From positions 66,650,001-66,714,000 of the forward strand of contig OZ024740.1 in assembly GCA_964016885.1 (NCBI GenBank): 64,000 nucleotides of DNA. The letters are read 5' to 3'. Positions 26,726 through 41,071 of this stretch are shown piece by piece (within the stretch, counting starts at the first letter, position 1; each line of letters starts with the position of its first letter). A program made the translations under genes and the position numbers. The DNA comes from Eledone cirrhosa (taxonomy: Eukaryota). Under the pieces are notes generated by a model. That model did not search any database, was not told where the DNA came from, and saw only the letters and a program-made list of their open reading frames with translations.

Positions 26726-26729
<4 letters not shown>
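26539..26729 (+). mobile_element. tRNA-derived SINE, full length
   Basis: gggcggtgaaTTGGCAGTATCGG A-box, GAGTTCAAATCC B-box, conserved core, and a gaaacaatta end. Confidence 0.88.
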
Positions 26730-26772
<43 letters not shown>

Positions 26773-27124
26773 GAGAAGAATGAATACTGCGTGGTTGCAC
26801 AAGGGTTACATATGAGAAAAATAGTCTTTCATCACTGATTTTCCAACCTGGTATTTCATCGCTTTAAAAATCATATACCTCTAGTTGGTGCGAGCAATAG
26901 CTAAATAAAGCTATTGGGACAAGTAAACAAACATAGAAGGATAGCAACGCAAAGATAGGAAAAAAAACAAGCACATGGGAGTCCGATCAGCTTAAGCTGT
27001 GTGGATTTCATGAGCGAGAGACAACAGACCGTGCGACGCGAGTGAGGTGTGAGCAAGAATGGACTCCACTTCAGGCCAACTGGAGGAAGTGAGAAGGGGA
27101 GAAGCAGAGAGTGAGTGAATGGAA

Positions 27125-27160
<36 letters not shown>

Positions 27161-27163
<3 letters not shown>

Positions 27164-27337
27164 ACAAAGGAATTGTGGTAAGGAACCAGATGGACCATAA
27201 CGCACCAGAGTACTCAATAGGGTAGTAGAGTGGGAAATAGGAAAACGTATGACCCCGACGGCAGAGCTCAAGCCGTTTCGACGGCTAGAAATAGCCGTCG
27301 AAACGGCTTGAGCTCTGCCGTCGTGTTCATACTTTTT

Positions 27338-27341
<4 letters not shown>
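27161..27341. repeat. Fold-back element family A, copy 3
   Basis: ...cgacggcagagctcaagccgtttcgacggcta - GAAA - tagccgtcgaaacggcttgagctctgccgtcg... is a near-perfect hairpin with a 4-nt loop, flanked by (TA)n. Confidence 0.85.
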
Positions 27342-27378
<37 letters not shown>

Positions 27379-27976
27379 ATAAATTATGTCTACAGAATTA
27401 TTAGATAAACAAAATATATACTCCATTTCCTCTGCCAAACTACACAATCAACCATATAAAAAATCAACTATACTAAGCCATAAGGATAAAAGCTCCTATG
27501 AAGAAATCTCCGACAAATAAACGAGAGTGGCTTCTTCGCGGTATCCACAGCAGGTTATGTATCCAAAATTTCGACAGCATGCATAAATCGACCAAGTACA
27601 TAACTAACCAATCCAATTTTGGCGCGATCGGCTTGGAATACTAAGTGTCTATTTTTGAGTTTATCTCCTGCTGATTTCGAACTCAATGGATTTCCTATTA
27701 ATAGGATATCTAAAAATACGGATGAAACCATGGTAGGGATATAGTTACGGTATGTACACAGTTCTTCTATGTTTGATTTTACACCGAATTGCATATGGTT
27801 AGATATGTACTTGGTCGAGTGATAACACGATGCATATGGATAGATATCACTGCACGAGTGATAACATTTTTAATGTGTACATTTTATATGGAAAATAAAA
27901 TATAAGAGGTTTCAACTTTTCTTGTGATAGACATGTAAACAACAGACATGAACACTTCTTTATGTGTATCGTATAT

Positions 27977-28081
<105 letters not shown>

Positions 28082-30826
28082 TGTGTGTGTGTGTGTATGT
28101 GTGTGTACGTATGTGTGAGTGAATGGGTCTTGATGAGTCTGTGTCTATGTCTGTGTTTGTTTGTGTGTATGTTTGTGTTGATTTGTTTGTTTGTGTTTGT
28201 GTATGTATATACATTCAACCTCCACTCTGCAGTGACGTTTCGAGTATTTGTATTAATGCTTAGATAATGTTAAACGCAATTCCGTCTCAATAGCATGTTA
28301 GATAAAATAAATAATACACCATCCGCATCCTTAACAGTTTATACAAATTTAATTTCCTGTTTGGCTCAGATCTATTATCCAATGTCACTTCTCTTGATTT
28401 GATCCTTTCTAGGATGGAGAAAAGTAAAACATAAAAAAAAAAACACATTTAAAACGTTGTGCACTAGTATATTGCACATAACAAATATACTTCAGTCATT
28501 GATAAGTGATCAATCTACTTTACCGAAATGTTTTAGTGCTGACCGACAGGTTCACCTCAGTGGGAAACTTACATTTTTTCTCCGAATCAATTAATTATTC
28601 ATTATCTATCAGAGAAAAATTGAATGCTTTTTTTTTCACAATTTCTCATATGATTGTCAATCTAATGAAAGTTTCTCTATAACCATGTTTTTCTAGCAGT
28701 TGTTATTTTAGCACACAAAGACTGATGTGCATAAAATAACCTTGTGACAATGATTGATATATTTAAAATAATACGATTCGGATTTTAACATACGAAGGCA
28801 GGTACGCATTTTATAATCAATTATAATTTATGAAAGACTATATATCTTTGATGCGGTATTGAATAATAAAAATCATTTACATTTATGAATATCTATGCTA
28901 TTGACATAAAGAATGTTTCAAATATATAACCTATACGAGGTTGCTACACTGTTAATAAGAAATTCAATTAAACTGCCAATCTTATGTTCAGTCTATTATA
29001 CATGATGAAAGTAAAAACACACTTTTGAAGACAGATGTGTTAAGGCAGAATTTTGAAATCACAGATATAGCAATTACTTAACATTGTGGTATCCATAAAT
29101 AGATTGTCGGTGCATGTTCACTCTATTGATATGTGGGTATATTTGTAAGATGACTTGCAGGTTTTATTTGGCTGGGGTTTGAATTTAGCATATAACAAAA
29201 TACCTGAGATATTTTGTCCAAACTTTGGTTGGTTCTACAATCCAACAGGCCCCTCATGATCTTATATATATATATATGCCTGCTTTCATAATGTATTTAG
29301 GCACACATACACATAGCTTACGCACATACATTGCTTACCTTATATGCTCTGTCTCTCCGTGCTCTGATTTCAAATTTATAAGTATTTGTAGGGTTTGTAG
29401 ACATGCATTCAGAGGGATATCTTTGCAGGAGATAAAAATGCGGATAGTAGACGTTTGTGTGAGTGAATGCTAATCAGCTGTTTGACTGAATTGCTTTGCG
29501 AGCGTATATATGAATACATATGTATGTAAATACTTATGGATGTTTGCATAAACATGTATACGATTTCAATGATATATATAAAAACCTAGAGCTGTGGAAT
29601 AGTAACGAAGAAAATTTAGAGAAGCAATGGCTAATGGTGTCTGTATTTGAGTACATGTTTATACATATTTCGCAATTTAGTTCAACTATATCGATTATGA
29701 ATACATGAAATAAATTCTAGTTCAAGTCATCAGTATCATAGAAAGGATGGTGATAATATGGTTCGTTGGGTTATTGATTCGGAGATATTTCATCAAACAC
29801 GTAATAGACACCATCAACTAAATATAAACTAATAATGTCTAACAAGCATAAAAATCAAAGAAAGGAAATAATAAGCTGCCATAATTAATATACATACATA
29901 TAAATATACTCGCTTCAAATGGGCTATCCGAGTACTTTTTCAAAAAGTTGTTGTATTTGAACCATTTGACAGATTTTCTGAAGTATATGATTGTGCTTAT
30001 GCCCATGACTTTTATTTCACTCGTAGTTTTTGCAATGTTCAGAGCATCTAAAAGTTATTGTTTTCTTATAGAACTTTAATAGTCATTCAGGTGATTTTGC
30101 AGTAAAGAAAAATGCTTTTTATTCTGTTTAGTCTGGAGCCAAATGATTATCGAATTGTAGTAATTCCATTGTGATGATTAGGATATTACATTCTGTGTGG
30201 GTAAGATCCTGTCGATGATGTATTTTCGGAGTCTGTCATAAATCTCGTTTTGATGACTTCATCAATTATTCAACTTCTCTTTGTGGCTACTTAATTTGAA
30301 GTGAGGCTGTTTAGATTTTAGTCGTTCTGTTCAGTTATCTACATTGTTTATTTGTGGTTTTTGGTAACACTAGATTTAAAATTCCCAAAACAAAAACTAC
30401 TGCTTACAAATCCATTGTCCATATCTTAATACAACACAAAAGAAACAACTGTCCCATCCAATATCACAAATCGAAAACTATACAAGTATTATCTACCATC
30501 CTCCTTCGCAGATTACATTTTTCGAACATATCCAGTTTCCTACTGCCAGACGTCTAACCAATAAAGTATAGATATATTTTTGCTGGGCTGGAGGTTATAC
30601 CATCGACTATAGTCACCTTGAACATATCGCGGTATGAATATTTACTAAATGGCAATACGAACAGAGGTAGCAATTGTATATTGGATACTATTGAAATGCG
30701 CATAATAGCAATGATATAACTAATAACATGATATAAGATTCTAGAATACAGTTTTATTATTTATTCTTATATACATACGTATGTATATACATACACACAC
30801 ACATACATACACACACACACACACAT

Positions 30827-30943
<117 letters not shown>

Positions 30944-30977
30944 CTTATATATATAAATAAATTATATATATATATAC

Positions 30978-33900
30978 TTATATTATACAATTATCAAAGT
31001 TGTATCCAATCATTTAATAGCTGACAATCGTTTCTTCCAAACTCTCATTTGGAATCATCGGACCATTTTCAATGTTTGTACATGTAATTAAACTCCTATT
31101 CAACTGAACAATAATATAGTTTCGTAGTTACAGTATCGTATTTACAGTATCAGCCCTTTTATCAATAGAGTGGGATGGAGGACATTCAATTACGATAGAA
31201 ACCGTTCAGACAAAAACAGAGATACAAATAACTTCGTCAATTACGGCTTTAAAACATTTAAAACCCCTCCTCACAACACCTTATTAAACTCCTTTGAAAA
31301 TGATCTAATTAAACTAGTTAAAAACATAAAATACAAAAAATAAAACATCATAATAGAAACAAAACCTTCCTAAACTACCTTAACTCCACTAGTAAAGGAT
31401 TAATAAAAAAGAAATCCTAGTGCATGCATATAAAACTAATAATATATATCGCTTAGATTACGATACTTATAGAAAATTTATATATAAGGAACTGCATAGG
31501 ATCTACAAGAAAACTACTATTAAAAACCTAGAAGATATAAATATAGAAGGCCGTAGTATAGTGTGTAAATTAGGACTTCAGAGACATACACAGCCATACA
31601 CGTCTAATTCCCCCCAAGATTCTCCCTGAAGGACCATAAAGAATACTTCATTAGTAACCCTTCAAGATTAATTTGCCCTTCCAAATCTGACATTGGTATT
31701 ATCAGCAAGAAAATATTAGATAGAATCATCCAACAATTTAAGCACAAAATATACTTAACTAATGGGGAAATACGGGTGAAGTTATTGAATGGTTGAAGGG
31801 TATTAAAGAGGTAAACATAAAAAAATCTTACAATTTGATATCAATTCATACTACACCTCTATTTCCTCTATCCTATTAAATAAGGCTTTAATTATGGCCA
31901 TGAACAATAGTGACCTGACTAGATCCCAAATTGATTACATACTTGCGCCCCGAAAAACCATAATTACATTTGAAGAACAATTATCGCCACGCAAGGATAC
32001 GCATAACAAGACGCAGGTCACCGATTTGGTGGGTCTATACCTACTTAATGAAATTCATAAGAACCTAACCTACCTCAACTGTGGTTTATACCGAGATGAT
32101 GCGCTTCTCCTTATAGACTATAAAAAATTTAATATAGAAAAAAATAGGAAACTGTGACACAAAATTTTCAAAAACTTCAACTTAAGTATCACCTTAGATA
32201 AAAACACTAAACACGTCAACTGCCTTGATGCTACCCTTAGCCTAGACTCTAAAATATACACACCCTATCATAAACCTAACGAAAAAGTAATTTATGTGAA
32301 CACCAACTCTAACCACCCTAAATACACCTTAAACTCTATTACTAAAGGAATATCTAATAAAATCTCTAATCTATCATATAATGAAACCACATTTAACAAT
32401 AATTCACAATACTATAATGAGGCCTTAGCTAAATCAGGACATAAGAATGAGATTGACTTCCTACCTATAAAATCATATAGTTACATTATTTCTCATAATA
32501 TGGCCATGAGGAAAAATAGTAAAAACACTAGCCTCTATAACTCTAGGACAAAGGTTAATACCAAACTTAACTCGCACCAAAGTAAACACCACAATAAACA
32601 GGGATATAAATACATAAAAAAACAGTACTAAAAACAAAAATAGAAGAACTAATACATTCTTTAATCCCCCTTTCAATCTAAACGTCTCTACCAACTTGCC
32701 TAAGGCTTTCTTCTCAATCTTATAAGAACATTTCCCGAGCGGCCACAAGTACCTTAACCTTATCAATAAAAATACAATTAAAATATCGTACTCTAAAATG
32801 AAGATTAATAATGATTTCCAACTAATTAAAACACAACAGGAGGTACACTTAGTACCTGTAAACATTAGTAGTAATAATAGTAATAATGATAATAGCACTA
32901 ATGAAATCAATAACAATACGAATGAGAGACATCATTACCCTAGTGCAATCCCTAGCAACCAGAATGCTTCACAACATAGGAACCGGCAAGCTAACACCCA
33001 GAATAAATGTAACTGTAGAACTAATAGAACTTGCCCCTTAGGTAGTAATTGCTTAAACAAAGACATCATCTACTCATGCACTGTCAACGCAAATAACTCT
33101 TCTAAAACATATATCGTTTCTGCTTCGAACAGCTTCAAGACGAGATACAACTCGCACCTCCACTCTTTCAAGAAACACAATCTAGCCAACTCCACTTCCT
33201 AATCTAGCTACGTACACTCTCTGAAAACAAGGAATAGACCATTTACACTGCAATCAGAAGTAGTAGGTAGGGCTTCATCGTATAAACCACCGAATAAATT
33301 GTGTAATCTCTGTCTTCTAGTATCCATACTATAATCTTTTCAAAACCAGACCTCCTTAATAAAAAGTCGGAGACATTTTCCTCGTGCCAACACCGATACC
33401 GTCACTCTTTCCATAACATTAAACCTAGCTGTTAGTGTATATCAATGTCAGATTTGAATTAACCACCACATTTAACACTTCACATCTAGGATTTATAAGC
33501 CCCCACAACTACACACTCTTTGATCAGCTCTTCCCTCTACACAACACCTATGTACCGCTAACCTTATACTCTGCAATAACTGTTAGAATTAAACATAAAG
33601 TTACCACCTTTTGGTATAACTAGTATAGCTTAATTATATTATATAAAGTAATGGATATTTAATATATAGAGACATTTAATGTAATATGTAATAATAAACT
33701 ATATAGACATTTGTGTAATTAAATACTTAAATTAATAACATGTATATAAGGTAGTAATAATAAAGTATATATACATTTATATTTAAATATATAATGTAAT
33801 AGCATTATATGCATGGGATTAATTTTTAAACAATAATGTATATTGTTGCACAGGTGATATATCTAGTTAAACATATAAACAGCTACTTTCCACAACATAT

Positions 33901-35095
33901 ATCTTGTCCAGTAATGAATGGATAACAATATTAAGGGACCTTTAGTGTATTATAATAAAACACACTGTGTTTAAAATCAAGTATAAATGTATAGCGTTAT
34001 GTAATAGAGATTAGGGCGGTGAATTGGCAGTATCGGTACAGGGTTGGACGTCATGTTTTCTAGCATAGTTACGTCCATTTACAGTCTGAGTTCAAATCCC
34101 GCCGAGGTTAACTTTGCCTTTCATCCTTACGGGGTCGATAAAATGAAGTACCAGTAATGCACTGGGTAATTGCTGGCCTTGTGCCTAAAGTAGAAACAAT
34201 TATGTTATAGAGATTCTATTGTATTAGAGCAAATATTTTGAATAACTGAATTTAATTAGCTAGTTACCTCCCCTTATGCATTAGCTCCCCTTACTCACTT
34301 CCGGACATTTTAACCGTTAGAAAACCTACCTGTTGAGCTAATATAGTCCATGTATACGAATACAATAAGACTAATTTACAACCCATTGCTTTAACTAACT
34401 TAAACATTCAATATAATATAAATAATTTAACTAACTTAAACATTCAACATATGTAATGGAAGAGACTGCAATAACATCATTCTCCTCAGCACACACAAAT
34501 TCGGACACTATCAACAAACTACGTCCACCTTACAATTTAATACGCTACATTTTTGCCTAAATTACAGTATTTATTATCTATATATGCATAATAAATTTGC
34601 TTATTTCCTTCTCATATATATGTCGAACGCATGTGCACTTTCTACACACCTGCATATGTATTGCTAATGAATTATTTCTTTCTCAAAGCTTTTTTCACAA
34701 TGCCTCTTTAATTATTGGACTATTCTCTTGTATTATTTGTTGCATATATTCCACTATGTGCTTTTAATTTTGATTTGAATTTGAATTTTTGTACAATTAT
34801 CATAAAATATATGTCACATCCATTCCACCCTGTAAATACGAAACTGTTGCTCACAACATCAATATATATGTATCTATATTATTGTTCAGTTGAAGAGGAG
34901 GTTAATTACATGTGCAAACATTGAAAATGCTCCGATGACTCCATATAAGGGTTTTAAATGATTTGAACACAATTTTGATAATTGTATAATTTATTTATTT
35001 TCCTGCTCTGTAAAAAACTGATGCTCATACATTGAGCTATTTCTCTTACTGGTAATAAGGTAATACGAAATTACTGACCTTCCTGTTTATGGTTG
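30978..35095 (+). mobile_element. Decayed Naiad-like Penelope element with an inverted 5' pseudo-LTR
   Basis: Broken ORF at ~31150-33434 (YGFKT..PP..FENDL, LKDHK, KSDIGIISKKILD, GLYRDD, PYHKPN, CNC...CPL...CL, FKTRYNSH). The segment 30978-31125 is the reverse complement of ~34870-34990 and contains a degenerate HHR at 31016-31067 (-). Confidence 0.85.
34014..34202 (+). mobile_element. tRNA-derived SINE inserted in the PLE 3' UTR
   Basis: A and B boxes plus the conserved core. The flanks gttatgtaatagagatt and attatgttatagagatt resemble a target-site duplication. Confidence 0.85.
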
Positions 35096-35129
35096 GTTAT
35101 ACTATATACACAGCTATAAATAGTACTAT

Positions 35130-35186
<57 letters not shown>

Positions 35187-35228
35187 TATGTATATGTACA
35201 TGCACATATGTATACAGACGTTCAGTAG

Positions 35229-35260
<32 letters not shown>

Positions 35261-35401
35261 CATGCACACATATATATATATGTACGTATGGATTCACCAA
35301 ACATTTATTATAATGCTCGGTGTGTTTGTAAACAAACATCCCGTATTAAGCCGTAGTGTCAAGCAGCCACCGTTTCTCGTTTATTCAACACTGACAAAGG
35401 A

Positions 35402-35444
35402 ACGCTGTACTAGTTTCAAGCTTATTAGCTATCGTCAGCAACGT
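35402..35444 (-). ncRNA. Type I hammerhead, array copy 1
   Basis: ACGUUG-CUGACGA-uAGCUaauaAGCUu-GAAA-CUAG-UA^-CAGCGU. Confidence 0.85.
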
Positions 35445-35670
35445 ATACCTTCCTGCCAGATAGTTGAACGTCCGAAAGTATATACTTTCGTTATGCATAT
35501 TAACGGCTGAGTAGCTGAATTTGCATATCGAGTGCGTTAATCGGCCGGGTGCACCGAAAACGATAAACGGAAAAAATGAAACGAAATTTCATTTCCCACT
35601 CTTAGTAAGGCTGTTACTTAAATATAAGTATGTATACGTACATACATATATGTATACAGACGTACAGTAG

Positions 35671-35707
<37 letters not shown>

Positions 35708-35834
35708 GCACACATATATATATGTACGTATGGATTCACCAAACATTTCTTATAATGCTTGTAAACAAACATCCCGTATTAATCCGTAGTGCCTAGCAAC
35801 CACCGTTGCTCGTTTATTCAACACTGACAAAGGA

Positions 35835-35877
35835 ACGCTGTACTAGTTTCAAGCTTGTTAGCTATCGTCAGCAGCGT
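35835..35877 (-). ncRNA. Type I hammerhead, array copy 2
   Basis: ACGCUG-CUGACGA-uAGCUaacaAGCUu-GAAA-CUAG-UA^-CAGCGU, with a fully Watson-Crick stem I. Confidence 0.85.
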
Positions 35878-36004
35878 ATACCTTCCTGCCAGATAGTTGA
35901 ACGGCCGATTAACTCACTCGATATGCAAATTGGGCTACTCAGCCGTTAATATGTATAAGGAAAGTATACACTTTCGGACGTTCAACTATCTGGCAGGAAG
36001 GTAA

Positions 36005-36047
36005 ACGTTGCTGACGATAGCTAACAAGCTTGAAACTAGTACAGCGT
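36005..36047 (+). ncRNA. Type I hammerhead, array copy 3
   Basis: ACGUUG-CUGACGA-uAGCUaacaAGCUu-GAAA-CUAG-UA^-CAGCGU. Predicted cleavage after 36041. Confidence 0.85.
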
Positions 36048-36432
36048 TCCTTTGTCAGTGTTGAACAAACGAGCATCGGTGTTTGCTAGACACTACGGCT
36101 TAATACGGGATGATTGTTTACAAACACACCGAGCATTATAATAAACATTTGGTGAATCCATATGTACATATATATATGTGTGCATGTATGTATATAAATA
36201 TACATACTACTGTACGCCTGTATACATATATGTATGTACGTATACTTACTTATATTTAAGTAACAGCCGTACTAAGAGTGGGAAATGAAATTTCGTTTCA
36301 TTTTTTCCGTTTATCGTTTTCGGTGCACCCGGCCGATTAACCCACTCGATATGCAAATTGGGCTACTCAGCCGTTAATATGCATAAGGAAAGTATATACT
36401 TTCGGACGTTCAACTCTCTGGCAGAAAGGTAT

Positions 36433-36475
36433 ACGTTGCTGACGATAGCTAACAAGCTTGAAACTAGTACAGCGT
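36433..36475 (+). ncRNA. Type I hammerhead, array copy 4
   Basis: Same motif as copy 3. Predicted cleavage after 36469. Confidence 0.85.
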
Positions 36476-36777
36476 TCCTTTGTCAGTGTTCGACAAACGA
36501 GCAACGGTGGTTTCTAGACACTACGGCTTAATACGGGATGTTTGTTTACAAACACACCGAGCATTATAATAAATGTTTCGTGAATCCATACGTACATATA
36601 TATATGTGTGCATGAATGTATATATACATACATACTACTGTACGTCTGTAAACATATATGTATGTACGTATACATACTTATATTTAAGTAACATCCGTAC
36701 TAAGAGTGGAAAATGAAATTTCGTTTCATTTTTTCCGTTTATATATATATAATTATATATATATATATGTATGAATA

Positions 36778-36835
<58 letters not shown>

Positions 36836-36847
36836 TTTTTTTATTAA

Positions 36848-37680
36848 TATAACAGATTAAAGTTTAAGCAAAGAATCACTGCTTTCACCCGTAACGGGAT
36901 CTTCTGAAACTAACAAAGTCAATCTGTAAACTAACAAAGTCAAATCTGTAAATTAAATAAATACATACACGTATGCGTGTATGTATTTATTTAATTTCTA
37001 TTACCTCTGTTTTGTATTTTATTTACTGTATTCTTAACTCTGAAGCGGAAATTCTTTCGGTTTCCTAGTTAGAATTTTAGTCTACGACTTCTGCTCTTCC
37101 ATTTACGTGGATTTGTCTTTACGTGCAATTGTTCTCCTCGCTCCACATATGACGTATTATCTTCGTTTTTTTTTCGTTCATTGCCAGAGAACGTCTCTCT
37201 GAACCACCGAAGAGAACATTAGTCTACGACTATTTTTATACCATAAACGTGGTTATGTCTTTGCGCGTAATTGTTTTTCACCGCTCCTATTAATTGTTTC
37301 TACTTTAGGCACAAGGCCAGCAATTAACCAGTGCATTACTGGTACTTTATTTTATCGACCCTGTAAGGATGAAAGGCAAAGTTAACCTCGGCGGGATTTG
37401 AATTCAGAATGGAAAGGGCCGTAACTCTATGCTGCAAAGCATGGCGTCAGACCCTCTAACGATTCTACCAAGTCACCGCTCCTATTAATGACGTATGATA
37501 TTCGTTTATTTCCGTTCTTTGCCAGGGAACGTTTCCACGAACCAAAGCAGCGATTCTTTGCTTAAACTTTAATCTGTTATTTTAATAAATATTTGCTCTA
37601 CGGTTCTTATATATTTTATATATATTTATCCTCATCGAGCCCTCTTTGGATTTTAGTCTTCTAATTTATTATTATTACTA
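36848..37680. repeat. Fold-back element family B (also 40186-40485; fragments at 49320-49420 and 59390-59605)
   Basis: taacagattaaagtttaagcaaagaatc(a/g)ctgcttt is inverted against aaagcagcgattctttgcttaaactttaatctgtta. The long arm carries an extra ~95-nt tail (..atcgagccctctttggattttagtcttc). Confidence 0.8.
37291..37480 (-). mobile_element. tRNA-derived SINE with target-site duplication
   Basis: Reverse complement of the SINE consensus. The direct repeat tcaccgctcctattaat occurs at 37278-37294 and 37473-37489. Confidence 0.88.
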
Positions 37681-38639
37681 TATATATATATATATTTATA
37701 GTTATGTGTGTATGTGTATATGTATGTATGTTTGTGTATGGTGGCCGCAACTGGATTTCGATCAATGATATCGCTTGATATTCCTCTTAAGCATGGGCAG
37801 TACGGACATGGATATAAATCCCACCACAGCTCCATACACTTATGCAGAGACGCAGAAATATTGCGGAAATCACGCAGTAGGCGTTAGGGGACTGCATTCG
37901 TATACCTTCATTTGATGATTCAGTCCACTAACTTAGGTACATTCTTTCCCAGAGAGAAATGCCGTACAATGCATAGTTGGCATGGTTTTTGTGCATGTGG
38001 CTTATTTGTTGACTCTTAAGTCCTGTTTTACTTAAACATTACTGCCCACATTCCTTACATGTTAAATCGAACTGCATGCCAAGATACTCGGGAAAAACTG
38101 CCTTCAAGTCATTTACAAGTACACCGCTTGAGTACACCATGGTTTCTTTAGAATTCTCACCTACCATCGTGCACTGCCTTCCGTCAAGAAGTGTGATGTA
38201 CAGCAAGAGTCTCTCAGCCATTCTCCGATATTTTCACCTGCCAAAGTTTACTTTTAATGTAATTCGCGTAACTTAATGTCAGTTTTTGCAGTGGTCGTTT
38301 ACCTTCGACTAGCCCACTCTATGAACAGCATTGGGATGCGATCATCCATTCTCACCAGATGACCACTCCATCGAAATCAATGTTGAATAAGAGTAATTCT
38401 ATACTGACAGACTGACTGCATTCGAAGACTTCATTATCACTAACGTTTATTTTCCCGTGGATGCACTGTATCTGTCGATGACACTATTAAATGTCCTCCG
38501 GCCTTTTGAGATGCCTCCAGTAAGTGACCCACGTCTCAAAAGCATTTAGCAAAGTAAACAGAACACAGGTATTATACACTTTCAAATTTGTCCGGAAATG
38601 CCATGCTGAGACCAAAGTCGTCCATTCAGCTTTTTAAAC

Positions 38640-39862
38640 GCATCACTCGCCTTTTTGATTGTTATCATCCAGAATATTAGTCATATTTTCAGTACTGCCT
38701 CTATCACGTCAAATGTTATTTTAGATAGTTCAAAGAAGGGTCTAAAATTACTCCATAATGGAAACTTATTAGGTGCAATTCTTATTGGTTACTCTGTGCT
38801 CATGAAAGAGAAGCATGAAAATATAAAAGCTGTATTAGACTTACTGAAGTATTTTGACCTCAAATGGGATATATTTGTGAATCTGAAAATGATAAAATTT
38901 TACTTGGCCAACATCAAATGTATACAAAATACCCGTGTTCCCTTTGTTTATGGGATACCCAAGTGAAAGCCAAACATTGAGAATAGAGTCACTGGCCAGT
39001 TAAAATATGTTTGACTGTTGGGGTGAAGAATATCATTCAGCAACTACTTGTTGGGCGAGAGAAAATTATCTTCCCACCCCTTCATTTTTAACTACGACCA
39101 ATGAAGCAGTTTGTCAAAGCTCTTAATGAGGAACGTGACTGTTTCAAATTTATATGTAACATATTTCCTGGTCCAAGTTGTGATAAAATAAAGGCCGGTG
39201 TTTTTGACGGGACACAAATCAGAAAGTTAATGAAATGCCAAAACGTCTCGAGCTCGATGACTGGCGTAGGAAAATTATCACGGAGTTCATGTTGTGAAAG
39301 CAATTTGGGGAATCAAAAAGCTGCATATTGAAGAGCGATTTCGATGAATATACTGCTAATCTTGGAGACGTGAGCGATGAGCTTGGCGAACGCTTCCATC
39401 AATATATCAATGTTATATAGGAGAGATATTAACATATATGGAACTCATACATGATGGCAGACTACTGTTGACGTAGCTAAAGGAACTGTTCAGCCGTGAA
39501 AAACCCCCAGCCGTAAACGAAAGTTCGTTCCGTGATTATGTTGGTTGGTGTACGATTGTTTGTACTTTATTTATTTTATTTGAGAATTAACAAGATATAT
39601 TTAACAAAATGTGATGTTATCATATATTGCATCTATCATATCAGATTCTATTGACATTGTAACTTACGGTTTCAAGATATAAGACGTAGTAATCCATCCT
39701 AAGTAAATTATATTTATTCATACAGGGCATAATAAAAAATGATATGCTATAGAATGGTAACTTGATGTGTTATGGGGAAATGAAGGTCATATTTGAAATG
39801 AGCAACTCAAAATTAGCTAAGAGCAATGCAACCTAAATCAGCAAAAATGTGTGATACCAATG
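38640..39862 (+). mobile_element. DNA transposon relic, probably Chapaev3 (CMC superfamily)
   Basis: LDSSKKGLKLLHNGN..IGYSVLMKEKHENIK, PPLH..L..MKQFVKAL, KIKAGVFDGTQIRKL, NLGDVSDELGERFHQ and MMADYC. Several stops and frameshifts. The superfamily call is from remembered motifs. Confidence 0.7.
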
Positions 39863-40123
39863 TAATCATTCGCTATATGTAATGCTTGAGGTAATTAAGG
39901 ATGACTACAGATAAAATTACATTGTTTCTTGATTTCTCTTAAGTAAGTCGCTCGTTCACACCATTTGAGAGACGGCAATGATTGACCGACAACACTTGTA
40001 TATCCGTCTGCATATTTACTTTACCAGATTTTCAATTGTTTCCTTACTATTCTTATACATATTAAATTTGGGTGATTATATTTCACACACACACAGACAC
40101 GCACACACACACACACATATATG

Positions 40124-40184
<61 letters not shown>

Positions 40185-40185
40185 A

Positions 40186-40485
40186 AATAACAGATTAAAG
40201 TTTAAGCAAAGAATCGCTGCTTTCACCATTAACGGGATTTTCTGAATCTAAGGTATCGTCTTTCTGTTTTCCTTAGGTTGCAACATTTTTCGAAATATTT
40301 ACTTCTGCGTTCACATATTGATTTTTTTAATTTCAGAAGATACTGTTAAGTGTGAAAGCAGCTATTATTTGCTCAAACTTTAATCTGTTATTTTAATAAA
40401 TATTTGCTCCAGGGTTCTTATACATTTGATATAGATTTATCCTTATCGAACCCTCTTTTGTATTTTACTCTTCATATTTATTATT
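40186..40485. repeat. Fold-back element family B, copy 2
   Basis: Short arm ~40186-40250 is inverted against a long arm at ~40330-40485. Confidence 0.75.
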
Positions 40486-40922
40486 ATAACTATATATACA
40501 TATATACATACATTCATAAACCACATATATACGGTGTATATATAATACTTGTCGGAGAACAAGTGACATATTGGATGGAAAATTGAACACATACTTTGTA
40601 AAAAATTGATTCTCTTCCTGTCATCGATCCTTCAAGAAGAACAAATATAATTGGTGCGCCTTAATATTTGATTCATCGATCGTTCTTTAATACACAGCAA
40701 TAATGCTGTATATAGGCCAATACATAAGAAGGCGTATTCCATTATTTCAATATTCGATAGTTTAGATCAAATTTTAGGAAGCTTATTGCTCTTTATACAT
40801 CACATATGAATTTATAATTTTCCGTAAAGATTAAAAAGGCTTCACAAAATAAACTCCGCAAATTTAAACGATAATGGAAATATTCAAATGAACACATGTA
40901 CATATATATGTATATATATATG

Positions 40923-41025
<103 letters not shown>

Positions 41026-41071
41026 AACTAAAATAAATAGGTCAAATATTTAAAATTTGGCTTCGTTTATT

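Larger units (their letters stand above)
35183..36741. mobile_element. Palindromic array of a ~428-nt hammerhead-containing unit (retrozyme-like): about 1.7 units on -, about 2 units on +
   Basis: Tandem units with HHR cores 428 nt apart on + (36011 and 36439) and ~433 nt apart on -. Inversion junction at ~35902. (TA)n on both sides, no convincing protein-coding ORF. Confidence 0.9.

Noticed and set aside
35183-36741. CRISPR array or simple satellite
   Set aside because: The context is eukaryotic, the units are ~430 nt without unique spacers, and there are no cas genes. A ribozyme-containing retro-unit explains it better.
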